Below, piece by piece: positions 38,101 through 50,044 of a DNA stretch of 64,000 bases (positions are counted from its first letter, which is position 1; every line of letters starts with the position of its first letter). The stretch lies in the NCBI GenBank assembly GCA_030295235.1, contig AP026162.1, positions 434,001-498,000 on the forward strand. The letters are read 5' to 3'. This DNA is from Fistulifera solaris. Taxonomy: Eukaryota. A program made the position numbers and the translations under genes. The notes beneath the pieces are model-generated. The model saw only the letters and a program-made list of their open reading frames with translations, had not been told where the DNA came from and ran no database searches.

Positions 38101-38595
38101 CTACTCTTTTGTCGAACTTTGCGCCTCGGGGTGTGCTTTGAGCCACTTGGGGCTATATGAAATCTTTACTTCTTGATCCAACATCTTGGCGAGTTGCAGA
38201 TCATTTTCGGTGATCCCTCCTAATTTGTGTGTGTATAGTTGAATTTCGACGTCTCTGTAATTGGTCAAGTGAAAATCGGGATGATGTGATTCGCGTTCGG
38301 CAATTTTCCCCATGTCATTGATTGCATCGAGAGCGCACTGAAAGTTTTTAGCCGTGAAATTGCGAGAGAGATAGGTAGAGTCTTTGTCGTTCTTCGACAA
38401 GCGCCACAGCGGGAGTTCCGCCATGGACTGCGAAAGCGTTTCGTCATCCAGAAGATGCGATGAATCCATGGACGAGCACGGCACGCATTTCGGTGCTGCT
38501 GATAGGTCTGTCAACGACGTCATTCTGTTTAGACCTGTAGTAGCTAGAGCACAAATTAGTACGAGTTGGGAAATGATAACGAGCAAGTGCAACAT
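38101..38595 (-). CDS. PCBD: Pterin-4-alpha-carbinolamine dehydratase with N-terminal hydrophobic leader
   Basis: KCVPC, IAERESHHPDF and YTHKLGGITENDLQLAKMLD. Confidence 0.9.
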   Translation of the reverse strand: MLHLLVIISQLVLICALATTGLNRMTSLTDLSAAPKCVPCSSMDSSHLLDDETLSQSMAELPLWRLSKNDKDSTYLSRNFTAKNFQCALDAINDMGKIAERESHHPDFHLTNYRDVEIQLYTHKLGGITENDLQLAKMLDQEVKISYSPKWLKAHPEAQSSTKE

Positions 38596-39017
38596 TGCCG
38601 CGCATTGATTTTTAACAACCTCTCATCGTTACAGTATTCTGGATTCATGCATCGCACGGTTTTTTCGTCGCATTTTTATGATGTTTTCTCGTCCTTTTCT
38701 ATGAATGACTTAGCGGTACCAAAAAGTAAATAACACAACATAACGTATCATACTCACGTCAGCAAAGTTGTTTCGAAAATAGCGTGCCTAATACCTACAG
38801 TGAGGCGTATAGTGCCACGTGAGATTGTTTCTTTTCCGCACTCATCGCAGTCACAAGAAAATCGCGATCGCACCGTCAGCACGCGCTGGAACGCCAAAGA
38901 AAATTTCTTCCCAACACGATGCGTTTGTCGTGAATGATGAATAAGCAGCAATAGGCCATTATTTGTATTACTTGTACTTTCGCAATCCCCGCCTTCATCT
39001 TACTTGGATTCGCAAAG

Positions 39018-40135
39018 ATGACAACGCCGGCCAAAGATCAGTGCAAATCGGAACTGAAAGCTCGTATCGTGTCGGGAACGATTGGGTCCATCATCACCTC
39101 GTTAGTTGTGACGCCGCTCGATGTCGTCAAAATACGACAGCAAGCTGCGATACCCGATGTTCAAGTAGCACCGAACTTAATACGCTGTCCCCGGGGGTGC
39201 GGTACTTTTGTTGTATTCAATGGGCACATGGACTGTGTCTTGTCCAAACAGTCGGTTTCTTACTTTGATTCTATGGGAGGTCTGACGCAACAAGCCAAGG
39301 CTTCAGCAACGAATGGAGGAGGACCGTTGCGATTAATGCGAACCATATTTGCCACGGAAGGATTGCGAGGGATCTATGCGGGTCTTTTTCCGACTTTGCT
39401 CATGGCGGTCCCCAATACGGTTCTTTACTTTTCGGCCTATGACGAATTCATTTACTGGCTCCGGAAGCGTTCGAATGATGCCAGTTGGGCGCCTTTAGTG
39501 GCAGGTGGGTCTGCGCGGTTTTTGGCCTCTTCGATCACGGCGCCTCTCGAAGCGTTGCGTACCAGGCAAGCGGCGGCGGGGCAAAGTGCGATCACTCTCG
39601 GATTGGTTGGCGATTTACAAAGAATCATCCGTAATGAAGGACTGGGTTCTGTTTACAGGGGATGGAGACCAACCATGTGGAGAGATGTTCCATTTTCGGC
39701 TATATACTGGCTGTGTATAGAAGAAATGAAAGCCTATTTGCTGACACGCTTGGATCACTCACCTTCTCGATCCGAACAGACCGGTATCTCCTTCATCAGT
39801 GGCGCTACTGCAGGGTTAATTGCCGCAGCTTGCACTACACCTTTGACGTTGTGAAAACAAGACATCAAGTAGCGAACATGCAGTTGGCCGAAACGATTGT
39901 TGATGCTCAATGTTTGCACGATGGAGCGAGTGCTTACCGTCCACCCACGCAGACAACGACACAGGGCACATTCAGTGCGCTACGAGAGATTGCGAAAAAG
40001 GAAGGAATCGCTGCTTTGTGGACAGGAAATCAAGCACGGATGCTGAAAGTTGCCCCGGCTTGTGCCATTATGATTTCAACGTACGAGTTTGGCAAGCTTA
40101 TACTGACAAAGGATCACTCAGGTCCCATGGAATAG
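39018..40135 (+). CDS. Mitochondrial carrier, SLC25A39/40 (Mtm1)-like (frameshift ~39843)
   Basis: TPLDVVKIRQQ, Cys-containing loop with NGHMDC, PTLLMAVPNTVLYFSAYD, RDVPFSAIYW and KVAPACAIMISTYEFGK. Confidence 0.88.
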
Positions 40136-40491
40136 TTGCGATTGAAATTGTTGTTAATAAAATTAGAACAGGAAACTTAGATATATTAGTTTGGACTTCT
40201 TCTCTTGTGTGTTTGGAAAGCTATAGAGGGTTCACTCTTGTCTCGCGCGAACCTAGACTACTACGATAGTCAATCGTAAAGATAGGACCAGGTCGTACCG
40301 GTTTCACTTTACACTATACTCCGGAGTACCTGTTACCGGTACCAAAGTTCACACCGAGCAGCACAGCGCGCATCTCGTCATTTTCACCATTCTCTCATCG
40401 CTGAGCTTATGAATGATAAACAAATAATCGAAACAAAAATCAATCGTATTATCATGTCGGAGACTTGACATCTTTAATTATAACTCTCACC

Positions 40492-43400
40492 ATGGTGAAG
40501 CCACCTAAAACGATGCAGCCTGAGGCTATCAACCTGGAAAAAGCAGGTCGATCGACGAACGCGACTTTTGGTGAAGACAGTTTTCGAAATTACATGGCGC
40601 GCAAGATCAATATGCAACGTCAACAGTTCGGTTTGATCTTGCCCCCTCCTCCTCCGGAATCTGAAGAGTTGAAGAAAAGTTCGAAAAGGAGAGTGTCATT
40701 TTACGAGGATGTCAAAGACAAGAAGGAAAAGAAGAGAAAAAAAGTCGGGTATACAAAGCGTCCTCAAAAAGTTGCAACGGCGTCACGGAAGACGGAAACG
40801 GAAGCGCGCGGACATTGCAGAGGAAGAGCAACACGACAATACATTTCTTGAGGATGATGTTGAAGAATTTGTAGACGAGACTGCTGTCAAATCTCCTGCG
40901 TCGGATGAGATTGAGTCAAGCGATTGCGAAACTCAAGCGAACAAACTTGATACCGAGGTACGCAAAGACCTTTTCTTTCGGGGTATTGTAGTCATGGTCA
41001 ACGGCTATACAGATCCTGATGCCGAGAGTATACAAAGAATGCTCCACAAGCATGGTGGAGACCTGGAAAAGTACGAAACGAGTAGAATCACACATATCAT
41101 CGCCGAGCGTTTGTCGACTGCCAAAGCCAACATTTACAAAAAAGCAACGGAAGCCAACACCCGTTTGTTATCCGTCCTGGATTGTTGATTGTGTGAAAGC
41201 TCAGTCTTTGCTTCCTTATGGACCCTATCTTATCAAGGAAGTGCGGGAGCAGTTTGCGACCAAAGAAAGCATCGCTGACCTTTTTCGTACGGCCAATGAG
41301 AAAGTTGTGTCTCGCGATGGTCCTTCAGTTGAGAAGGGCGAGTTTGATGCCTCTTCTTTGAGTTCATCGTCAAATGCTGTGAAGAAAGGGGATCTATTTG
41401 TAGACGAAACGTCACAATGTCATTCATGCACTGTTTCTCCAATAAACGAAAGCTTGGAGAGCCCACAACAAGAGTCCTCCGAGTATCGAGGGGAGGTATC
41501 CAGTCAGTCTCAGGATACGTACACATTGATAAAGAGTTTAGACAGCGCAGACTCCCCAGTCGATGAGATTGATCGAGTTGATGATTCTTTGTTGAACATG
41601 ACAGATAATGTGACTGACTTTCGAGTCGATCAACAAATAGAAGATGTTGTTAGAGCCATTGATGAAGGAGTTGCGAACGAAGATAGTCACGAAATTGTTT
41701 CTGGAACACTTACAAGTCCATCAAAAAGGACAGCAAGTATATCAACGGTCGTATTCGAACCGTGGGAACGGACCCTGACTTTTTGGAGTCATTCTTTTCT
41801 GCTTCTCGGTTGAGTTTTATTGGCAGCTTCAAGCAGAGGGTCCGCAATATCTCTACGCTTCTGAATGAAAAGAAGGTGAATCAGCAACGCTACGTTTTTC
41901 ACATCGATATTGATTGCTTCTTCGCCGCTGTTGCTTTGCGGAACTATCCGGCTTATCAGGATAAGCCTGTTGTCATCTCTCATTTCGGAGTTTCTCCTGG
42001 CTCTGACGAGCCGGTCGATGAGGTGACTGCTACATCGACGTCAGAGTGTGCGACTTGCAATTATCATGCACGCAAGTTTGGTATAAAGAAGGGAATGTAC
42101 CTTGGCCAAGCAAAGCAGCTTTGCCCCGATCTAGTTGTTCTCAAATATGACTTCGAGGGGTACGAAGAGGTTTCTCAGCAAGTGACAAATATACTTGAAG
42201 AACAAGCCGTTTTATATTGTGGTAACTTGGAGCAAGTCTCGTGTGATGAGGCTTTCCTTGAGATTTTCTTGGATGTTAGCGACGAATCGAGGCAGAAGGT
42301 GGCAGTTATAGCAGAAACGATTCGGACAACTATATTTGACGTTACAAGCTGTACTGTCACAGTTGGAGTTGGGCACAATAAATTCCTTGCCAAGCTAGCG
42401 ACTGACAAAGTAAAGCCAAACAGATCCTTTGTTGTCGATGACTCACATGACCTGCTCAAAGATCTAAAACTTCGCGACCTTCACGGTATCGGCTACAAGC
42501 TAGAACGCAAGCTAGAGGAGGAACAACTTGTAACTGTGCAAGATGTTTGGGACTTGGGAAAAGAAGGTGAAAGTGAGCTAATCAGAGTTCTTGGATCAGG
42601 GACGGGAAGAAAGATATGGTTGTTTTGCAAGGGGATAGATGACCGTCCTGTACAACCGGTAGAGCGAAAGACAATCGGGGCTGAGGTAAGATTAATTTTG
42701 CAGCCGATTGAAAATTTTACAAGCTGCTAACGAGGGTTTTTATTGAAAAGTGCAATTATGGTGTTCGTTTCAATGGCCCCTACGGAGTCGATCATATGAT
42801 GAAAGGGCTGGCGAAAGAAGTTGCAAGGCGAATGGCTCATGTCGGCGTTAAAGGGTCGAAAGTTTCGCTGAAATTAAAACAACGGCAACAAGGCGCCCCA
42901 CCCCCGCCGAAGTTTCTTGGTCACGGGAGCTGCCATAACTTATCCCGATGCTGTGAAGTCCCGTTCGATGCAGCAACGCGGGATAGCGAGGTACTTTTCC
43001 AGTGTGGTATGAAGCTATTCAATGAGATGTGCGTAAATCGAGATGATATTAGAGGCATGGGGTATGTACCTGGTGTGTGTGCCCTCTATATCCGCTTTCA
43101 CTTTCCTGACATTTTTTTGCAGAATTATTGTTAGCAAATTGGTTCGTGACAATATCGAAGAGATGGACCTGCGAACAAGGTCTGAGCCATCGATTCTTGA
43201 TTACTTTAAGAATCCTCATGTAGATGCGCAACCTAACGATCTATCAACTGGTGAGGGGGGAGCTGACAACCTGATAACTAGTTCAACATCGAGCGAAGAT
43301 ATTTCTGTCGTTAAAGTTCATCACCCTACCACTGAGGCAGATTGTGACATCGATATTCCTTCTCTTAGTCAGCTTCACTTAAGCCAAGTCAATCAGCTCC

Positions 43401-44143
43401 CCAGTCCCATGAAACAGACAATTTTATCTAAATTAGATACAGCAAACCAGGAGCGAAGAATGACTCATAAAAATAACGACACTTCAGCCAGGGAAGCCCG
43501 CTTACTCCAAACCGACATGCGCCGTATGATGAAACTTGCTGCCGTGAAAAGTGGCGACCAAAGTATACTCGGATCGTCAGACCTTGGCGTGTCAATGTCG
43601 CAGCTGGAAAGCCTCCCTCTCGAGCTGCAGCTCCAGATTGCAAATGACGACAATAGGCCCATTGGCATATTATCGAGGCGAAGTCGATATGCTTCGGATC
43701 TTTCATCTGGAAAACCTGTCAGGTCAAGGATTGAGAATCCAGCATCCGACCTGTCGAATCCACATGGAACTAGGTTACAGGAAGAATCCGCTATCGACTC
43801 CGACGCAGAGGTCATTGTTGTGGACGCTGATATGGATGATCAAGCTGCTTCGTTGGAGATGTTGACAAAGCAAAGCTTCTACCAAGAAAATGTCAAGCCT
43901 CTGATGATTTTTATGGATGAGAACAGTAGTGACAACGAAGAAGCTGTTAACCAAGTGCTGGAGTTTTTTCATGTTGTCGTCGCTGAAGAAGAACGTCATC
44001 AAGAAGCAGTGATGCTTCTTCGAAGTATCAAGAGACGCAAAGATACTTGGAATGGGTACCCGTACAATCGGATTCTTGATGAACTTAACAGCTCCGTGCA
44101 GCGAACATTCGGATATAGTCTAGATTGCCAAATGCTTGAATAA
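40492..44143 (+). CDS. REV1: Y-family translesion polymerase REV1 (frameshifts ~40740, ~41140, ~41725; introns ~42686-42750, ~43062-43122)
   Basis: YMARKINM, BRCT (FRGIVVMVNGYTDP), FFSASRLSFI, HIDIDCFF, CNYHARKFG, VSCDEA, KFLGHGSC and UBM-like LPLELQLQI. Confidence 0.92.
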
Positions 44144-44179
44144 TAATGTGAATAAAGTTTTGTATTCTATAAAAATGGC

Positions 44180-45869
44180 TTAATTTTGCCCTTGCTTTTC
44201 TAGCCATTTTCGTGCGATGGCTTCGCGTAATTTTTTCTTCCTGCCTTATTCTTTTGTTCCGCTGAAACTTTCTCCAGTACGAGCCGTCATCATTTGGATG
44301 TACCACCTCAATGCTCTTCGTCTCCTCGTTTACCAGAACGAGCGCTGTTCCATTTTCTACAACCATGACGGTGCGACCGCCCAATAATTTTTGATTGACG
44401 ACTATTCCCAGCGGCGACAAAGTTTCGGCGTCATACTCCACTAACTGTCCTTGATGCAGCCCAATCACTTTGCCATCCGCCATGTGCCACCAGCAAACCT
44501 TTGAGTTGACGGACGCAGCATCGGCGATGGATCCATCTGGCGTCTCAAGGTAGCATCTGTAGAAGAAATCCTTTCGTCAGCATAGTTTATGAAAATCCGT
44601 TACAATGAACATTTGTTCTCTGGACTTACCCATCTTCTTCACGCGGCACTATGATTTTCACAATATCATAGGATGTGAGCACTAAGCACAGATATAGAAG
44701 AAATTTTCCCATGAATACTCACCATAGGCTTGGAACCAATTGTCGCGATCCGCCTCCTCAACCGGCTGATTCCATTTCATTTCGTCTGTTTCGAGATCGA
44801 TTTCCACATCGAGTCGAACATTGACATCATCGGGCGTGCTCAGATGATGATTAATACTGTAGATCCGCAGGCGTTGTTCATTTCCTTGAACAAGTCTAGT
44901 TTGTCGATTCCCATCGCGAGTGCTGACAGGCCCCATGACTCCAACTTGAACGAATGTACACGATCCTACTTTCGAAATCGAATCCGGATAATCATGGGAT
45001 AAATGAAAATGCCCCGAGAACCACAGTTTGATTTGTGGATTGTCTTTTATTGTCCGAATGAATACATTTCGGTTATCGGAGCAGTGATTTAACCAAGCAC
45101 AACCGTTCGTGACGTGTACGTTTTGCAAAACTCGCAAGCCACTCCCCATAACAGGAGCATGCGAAGCTACAAGAATCTTCCATCCCTCGGACGCCGGATG
45201 CTCCTCGACTGTTTGAAGGAACCATTGTATTTGATCGTCGTCAATGTGGACTTCGTGCGAAGAATAAGGCGCATCGCGGAAGCGAACCGTCGACATTCCC
45301 AACAATACCGTCTTTTCACCGATGTAGCGCTTACAGTATGGTGTTTCGAGGTTAAAGCAATCCATCCAAGCTTTTAGATTGTCTTCATCAGACGCAAATT
45401 CGTCGAGTCCTTCCAAATCATGATTCCCTGTGACCAGATTGTAAGGCATTTGAAAACCATCAAAAAATTCCTTGGCCATTTGGAAACTGAGAGTCGTTCC
45501 AGCATCGCCCGGTTCATGTCGTATATCTTTTCTACCCAAATCACCAAGTGATACCATGAAAGTATTGAGCCAGTCTCCTTGCTGTTTGTACTTCCAAAGC
45601 AATTCCAGTTGCTCGGGCGATAAATCCCCAGCACGAGCGTCTTGCAAGCAGTCGATTGTTTCTTTCACCGACAGGGAGGAAGGTGACATTAACGATAGCT
45701 TCTGACACGCATTCCAGCAATCCTGTCTCGCTTGATGATGGCTTGCCATATCATCTTCCATGTGCAAGTCTCCCAGCACTAGCAGATTCCATGTATCCCG
45801 GATCCACGCCGACGGAGTAGCTAACGCATGCGCCGTGTGCACACACAAGAGGAACGCCAACCCAAGCAT
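44180..45869 (-). CDS. Calcineurin-like metallophosphoesterase with signal peptide (two short introns ~44556-44721; probable frameshift ~44233)
   Basis: LGDLH, SLGDL, TGNHD, ASHAP and FSGHFH metal-binding motifs. Spliced FQAYVPREEDGCYL links to ORF 44085-44483. Confidence 0.82.
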
Positions 45870-46026
45870 TGTAATAGGATAACAGAGTCTTTTTTTGTAA
45901 AGGAATAAAATACGATATTGAGGATGCCTTTTCTTGTAGTTGAACGCAATAAAAAAATAATGCAAACGTGCGTGTCTTGTTCGCGAAGCGCCTCCGTGAC
46001 TGTGAAAGGGTGCTGTGTTTTTCGAC

Positions 46027-46537
46027 AAACGCAGAGCGTCTGTGTGATTTCCAGAAAATCTGGAAATCGCGATCTCGTCATTCAGAAATTCTGTTTGAGT
46101 GGTCCAGAAAGTCTGGACCAGGTGTTTTCATCTCGCAGAGGTTCGGTGCTGGTTCCCAAAATCTTGACATGGTGTTGTGGATGATACAGAAACTCTGTCT
46201 TGAGGATTCTCTCTAGAAAGTCTGGACTCGGCGTTTGTCAAGGAAAAAGCGATCTCGTCATTCAGAAATTCTGTTTGATTGGTCCAGAAATTCTGGACCA
46301 GGTGTTTTCATCTCGCAGAGGTTCGGTGCTGGTTCCCAAAAATCTTGACATGGTGTTGTGGATGATACAGAATTCCTGTCTTGAGTCTCTCTAGAATTTC
46401 TAAACTCGACGTTTGTCAACAAACAGCGCGTCTGTGTGTTTTCCAGAAAATCTGGAAATCGCGATCTCGTCATACAGAAATTCTGTTTGAATGGTCCAGA
46501 AATTCTGGACCAGGTGTTTATCTAGCAGATGTTCGGT
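46027..46537. repeat. Tandem array, ~2.5 copies of a ~212 bp unit (one copy shortened to 180 bp) rich in CAGA-N3-TCTG palindromes
   Basis: gcgatctcgtca at 46069, 46249 and 46461. GGTCCAGA-N3-TCTGGACC at 46101, 46281 and 46493. Confidence 0.95.
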
Positions 46538-46911
46538 TTTCTTCGTAGTAGCGCTTAGCAAGCTTATAGAACGAACGGAGCTAGCTAAACAGTCAGGCTT
46601 GGAAGAAATCTAATAAAGACTGATTTTTGCTTCGATCGATAGTAAAACGAGTAACAAACTTTTTTGATTCATGACTGAAACAATGCAGTCGTGAGAAAAA
46701 GTAAAATACTCTCGGGTCTATAATGAACTTTTCAGATTAGAGACAAAGACTTCAGTCCGTCCGCCCATCCGCGCATACTCACCTTTTTCCCCGCGCATTT
46801 TGAAAAAAAAAGCAATGCGACGCATGCAAAAAGCAACGAACAAGAATTGTTTGAGAGACACATGAGAATTCGTTTTACTTTATCAATAAACCCTCGTCCT
46901 ACACATCGAAA

Positions 46912-48465
46912 ATGAGCTCCTCCGTTTCTTTAAACGGAAACGGTAGTAGCCATCATGCCGACTTTGGCAAAGCAATACTTGCTACGGAAGGCTGGCTCGA
47001 ACTTTTTCTCACACCCGCCGAGAAGTACAACTTTAGCAAGTGGAATGAGGTCGTCAAAGACAAGTCATTGGTGCATTCTTTTACACGCAAGCTCTTCGAA
47101 TACCTTGCAAAGTATCTTCCTGATAACTTGGCGCCGACCTTGCTGACATTTTCGGGACTCGTCTGCCTCAGTCAAACGTGGTATTTGGCGTACACGTATC
47201 AACACATTCATCCGACTGCTTCAACGTGGTTTTCTATGATCGGTATTACGATCTTCTTCGTCATTAGTTCTCTCTACGGCCCTCATGCTGATCTCATGCG
47301 ACAACATACGTCTCTCTCGGATCTCTTCAAGTACGCTTGCGATTCGGCGAGTGCCGTGTTTCTCACTCTATTAACCGTACAATCGTTGGGAGGGGACACG
47401 TTAGAACTGCAATGGTATGCCGTACAAGCAGTGCAGCTCGTCTTATTCTTGAAGCACCTATCGGCGTTTCGGCGAAAGGCGGGGTTGCGGTATCATTTGG
47501 GGGCTGGACCGGGCGAGGTTTTGGTCACTTGTGTCGGTTGCTTGGCCTTGCGAGCGATTTTCGGCCTCTCGCTTCTCAAGGAAATCGTCGGTAGAATATG
47601 GGACGCTTACAGTCCAGTGGAATTGACGGGAAATGAATGCATGCGCATTCTTTATTACGGTCTTCTTGTCAGCAGCCTGATCAATTCGTACTTTTTGAAA
47701 AGCGGCTGGACCAAATTCGGGCTCTTGACGAGTCTCAGTATGCGTTTAATTCCCGCCTTATTACTCCACTTCGGTATGGAACCTTCCCCCTTGACGACAG
47801 CGGACGTGATCTGCGACGGTCTTTTCATGTCGGTCCTTACTACGGATATCGCCTTGGCGAAAATGGCTGGTCGTGAATTGCATCCTTGGGTCGTGCTTAT
47901 GAGCTTGGCAGCCGTGCTCAGTCATAGCATCATCTTGACGCTGGTGTCTATCTACTTTGTCGGTGTCTTCTCCGATCTTTGCTTTTACTTGAACTTGCCG
48001 TTGCTCACCGTTTGCCGCAATGTATACTGCGACGGTGTCTACGATCTTTGCCACATTGGGCACAAGCGGGCCTTTCAGAATGCTCTACAACTAGGAAATC
48101 GATTGTTTGTGGGTGTGGTCGGCGATAAAGATGCTTCGGAATACAAGAGACCGCCCATTATGAGTGCGAAGGAACGATGCGCCGAAGTTGAGGCATGCAA
48201 AGCTGTTACAAAAGTGATACCAGATGCTCCTTGCTTTGGCCTGACGCAAGAATTCTTGGACGAACACCAGATCCACGTAGTTGCATTTGGTGAGGAGTAT
48301 CTCGAAAAATACCCCGACCCGAAAGATGATCCGTATTATGGGTATGTTCGGCAGATAGGAATCGGTGTCCCGGTGCCTCGTACTCATGCTTTGAGTACCT
48401 CGGATCTAATCTCAAGAATTCAGAAGATCTCGGCAGATTCCCTCAAGAAGAAATCTCCAACCTAG
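46912..48465 (+). CDS. Fusion of a degenerate choline/ethanolamine phosphotransferase-like membrane domain with a choline/ethanolamine-phosphate cytidylyltransferase domain
   Basis: N-part: DKSLV, LPDNLAPTLLTFSGL, multiple TMs. C-part: YCDGVYDLCHIGH (HxGH), KRPPIMSAKER, VIPDAP and RTHALSTSDLISRI. Confidence 0.8.
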   Translation: MSSSVSLNGNGSSHHADFGKAILATEGWLELFLTPAEKYNFSKWNEVVKDKSLVHSFTRKLFEYLAKYLPDNLAPTLLTFSGLVCLSQTWYLAYTYQHIHPTASTWFSMIGITIFFVISSLYGPHADLMRQHTSLSDLFKYACDSASAVFLTLLTVQSLGGDTLELQWYAVQAVQLVLFLKHLSAFRRKAGLRYHLGAGPGEVLVTCVGCLALRAIFGLSLLKEIVGRIWDAYSPVELTGNECMRILYYGLLVSSLINSYFLKSGWTKFGLLTSLSMRLIPALLLHFGMEPSPLTTADVICDGLFMSVLTTDIALAKMAGRELHPWVVLMSLAAVLSHSIILTLVSIYFVGVFSDLCFYLNLPLLTVCRNVYCDGVYDLCHIGHKRAFQNALQLGNRLFVGVVGDKDASEYKRPPIMSAKERCAEVEACKAVTKVIPDAPCFGLTQEFLDEHQIHVVAFGEEYLEKYPDPKDDPYYGYVRQIGIGVPVPRTHALSTSDLISRIQKISADSLKKKSPT

Positions 48466-48880
48466 GCAACTTTTTGGAGCTAAAGCTTGTTGCTGAGAAT
48501 GAACGCGAAAAGGAGAAGATGCTGGCGTAGGTATGCCTCTTGACGCTGCATCGCCAGATGCTGAAAGCGACTTTTTGTCGAGAACGAAGACGATAGAATC
48601 AAATCTAATAAACATCACGATTTTGGAAGCTTGATTCTAGGGAGATGGCTGTCATCGTAATTCGACTTCTTCATCGAACGAACAAACACACGTTGAAAGT
48701 GTCAAGCATTCGCAGCATATTTCTGGCTTCCCAGGCACAAATCTCAAGTAATCATTTCCAACAGACTAGTTAAAGCTAATTGATGCATCTTGTTTATGTC
48801 TTTGCAATGAAGAGACGATGGAAGAAGGGTAGGCTCAACAGAACCTGCATTTGTTCGAGTTCCGTAAAAAAGCCGATCGT

Positions 48881-49084
48881 TTATTTCATCTTATCGGCAT
48901 TGCTATTGGGTCCCACTCGCTTTCCGCCCATTCCGGTGGCAACATTGACATATCGTCGGTTGTATTGAAGACGTTTCTTGGCGCGTCCACGAGGCAATAC
49001 CTTCTTGTCCTCCTGCTTTTCCACCTTGGGGGTTTGTCCCTTTACTTTACCAGCGCGAGCCAACGAACCGTGAACCTTTCCCAT
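48881..49084 (-). CDS. RPS30: 40S ribosomal protein eS30
   Basis: [25 protein letters not shown]...RLQYNRRY...GPNS. Confidence 0.97.
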   Translation of the reverse strand: MGKVHGSLARAGKVKGQTPKVEKQEDKKVLPRGRAKKRLQYNRRYVNVATGMGGKRVGPNSNADKMK

Positions 49085-49679
49085 TTTCAATAAGTTTATT
49101 AAATCACGACTATAAATGAAGCAAAAACGAAACGAAAGATTTAATCGTGAGAAATAAGATTCACAAAACAAAGTTGCACCGCGACAAAAAGCATAATATA
49201 TCGTTCGATTGTATTTCCCGTAACCCGCGCTGCCCCACTAAAATAGCTAGGTTTTCTACACCACGCGTGGCTTAAACCAACAAGTTCACAAGGAGTTCAG
49301 TCGTCATGGTTGCTTACCTTCGGCTTTTTACCTTGCAACTGTTTCCAATTTTTGCTGCTGCAATGGAGAACCGTCGCGTTTTAGTAACAGCGGTAAATCG
49401 TTACCGTCTTTCCTTCGTCCGCAAATTCAGTTTTGGTGCTCCCTCACAATAGGGTGTAACAGTAGTCTCGTGCGATCTCAAATACCAATACGAAAACCGC
49501 TACGATACGTATGCCCTTTCTTTATCCCTAAACCTTACCGAGAAAAAGCAAATGCACCCCATTGCGACGCAAATAAAAAACAACACTCTGCATCATAAAC
49601 ATTCGTGTCAACATCCTTCGCCTACTCAAGTAATCTTGTTTACAATTTATACTTCGTCTCTAATAACTGAAAGAAAAGC

Positions 49680-49997
49680 ATGGTGGTACGCCTTCGTTTG
49701 CAGAGGTTTGGAAGAACGCACTCTCCGTTCTATCGGATGGTGGCGGCTAACAACAAAGCACCGCGCGATGGGAAGTTTCTAGATATTGTCGGCACTTACA
49801 ATCCTATCGCGAACCGCGATGGCGTCAAGGAAATTCGACTCAAAACAGATCGACTCAAATACTGGCTCTCGGTTGGCGCACAGCCTAGTGATCGAGTGTC
49901 CTGGATTTTAGGAAAATTTGGAATATTGCCTCCTCCGCCGAAGAAATTCAGTCCACAAAAGATGGTTCCCAAGTCAGAACGCGAAAAGAAAAAGTAA
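49680..49997 (+). CDS. rps16: Organellar (likely mitochondrial) ribosomal protein bS16
   Basis: MVVRLRLQRFGRTHSPFYRMVAA, PRDGKFLDIVGTYNP and YWLSVGAQPSDRV. No bipartite leader. Confidence 0.93.
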   Translation: MVVRLRLQRFGRTHSPFYRMVAANNKAPRDGKFLDIVGTYNPIANRDGVKEIRLKTDRLKYWLSVGAQPSDRVSWILGKFGILPPPPKKFSPQKMVPKSEREKKK

Positions 49998-50044
49998 TAA
50001 AAAAGACTAGCGGATTTGGTTATAAGTTTCCTGTTCTTGCCCGA

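Noticed and set aside
38101..38595. Rubisco assembly factor RAF2-type pseudo-PCD
   Set aside because: The catalytic HHP motif is intact, so an ordinary pterin dehydratase is more likely.
44085..44180. Apparent tail-to-tail coding overlap of the phosphoesterase with REV1
   Set aside because: Removing one base from the T6 run at ~44233 gives EEKLREAIARKWLEKQGQN* ending at 44180, which removes the overlap.
46040..46520. Heat-shock-element interpretation of the GAA/TTC-rich array
   Set aside because: Most dyads have GAA-N-TTC or CAGA-N3-TCTG spacing rather than three alternating nGAAn units.
48412..48618. 68-aa minus-strand ORF after the cytidylyltransferase fusion
   Set aside because: No recognisable motif, and it overlaps the neighbouring gene's 3' end. 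It cannot be supported.
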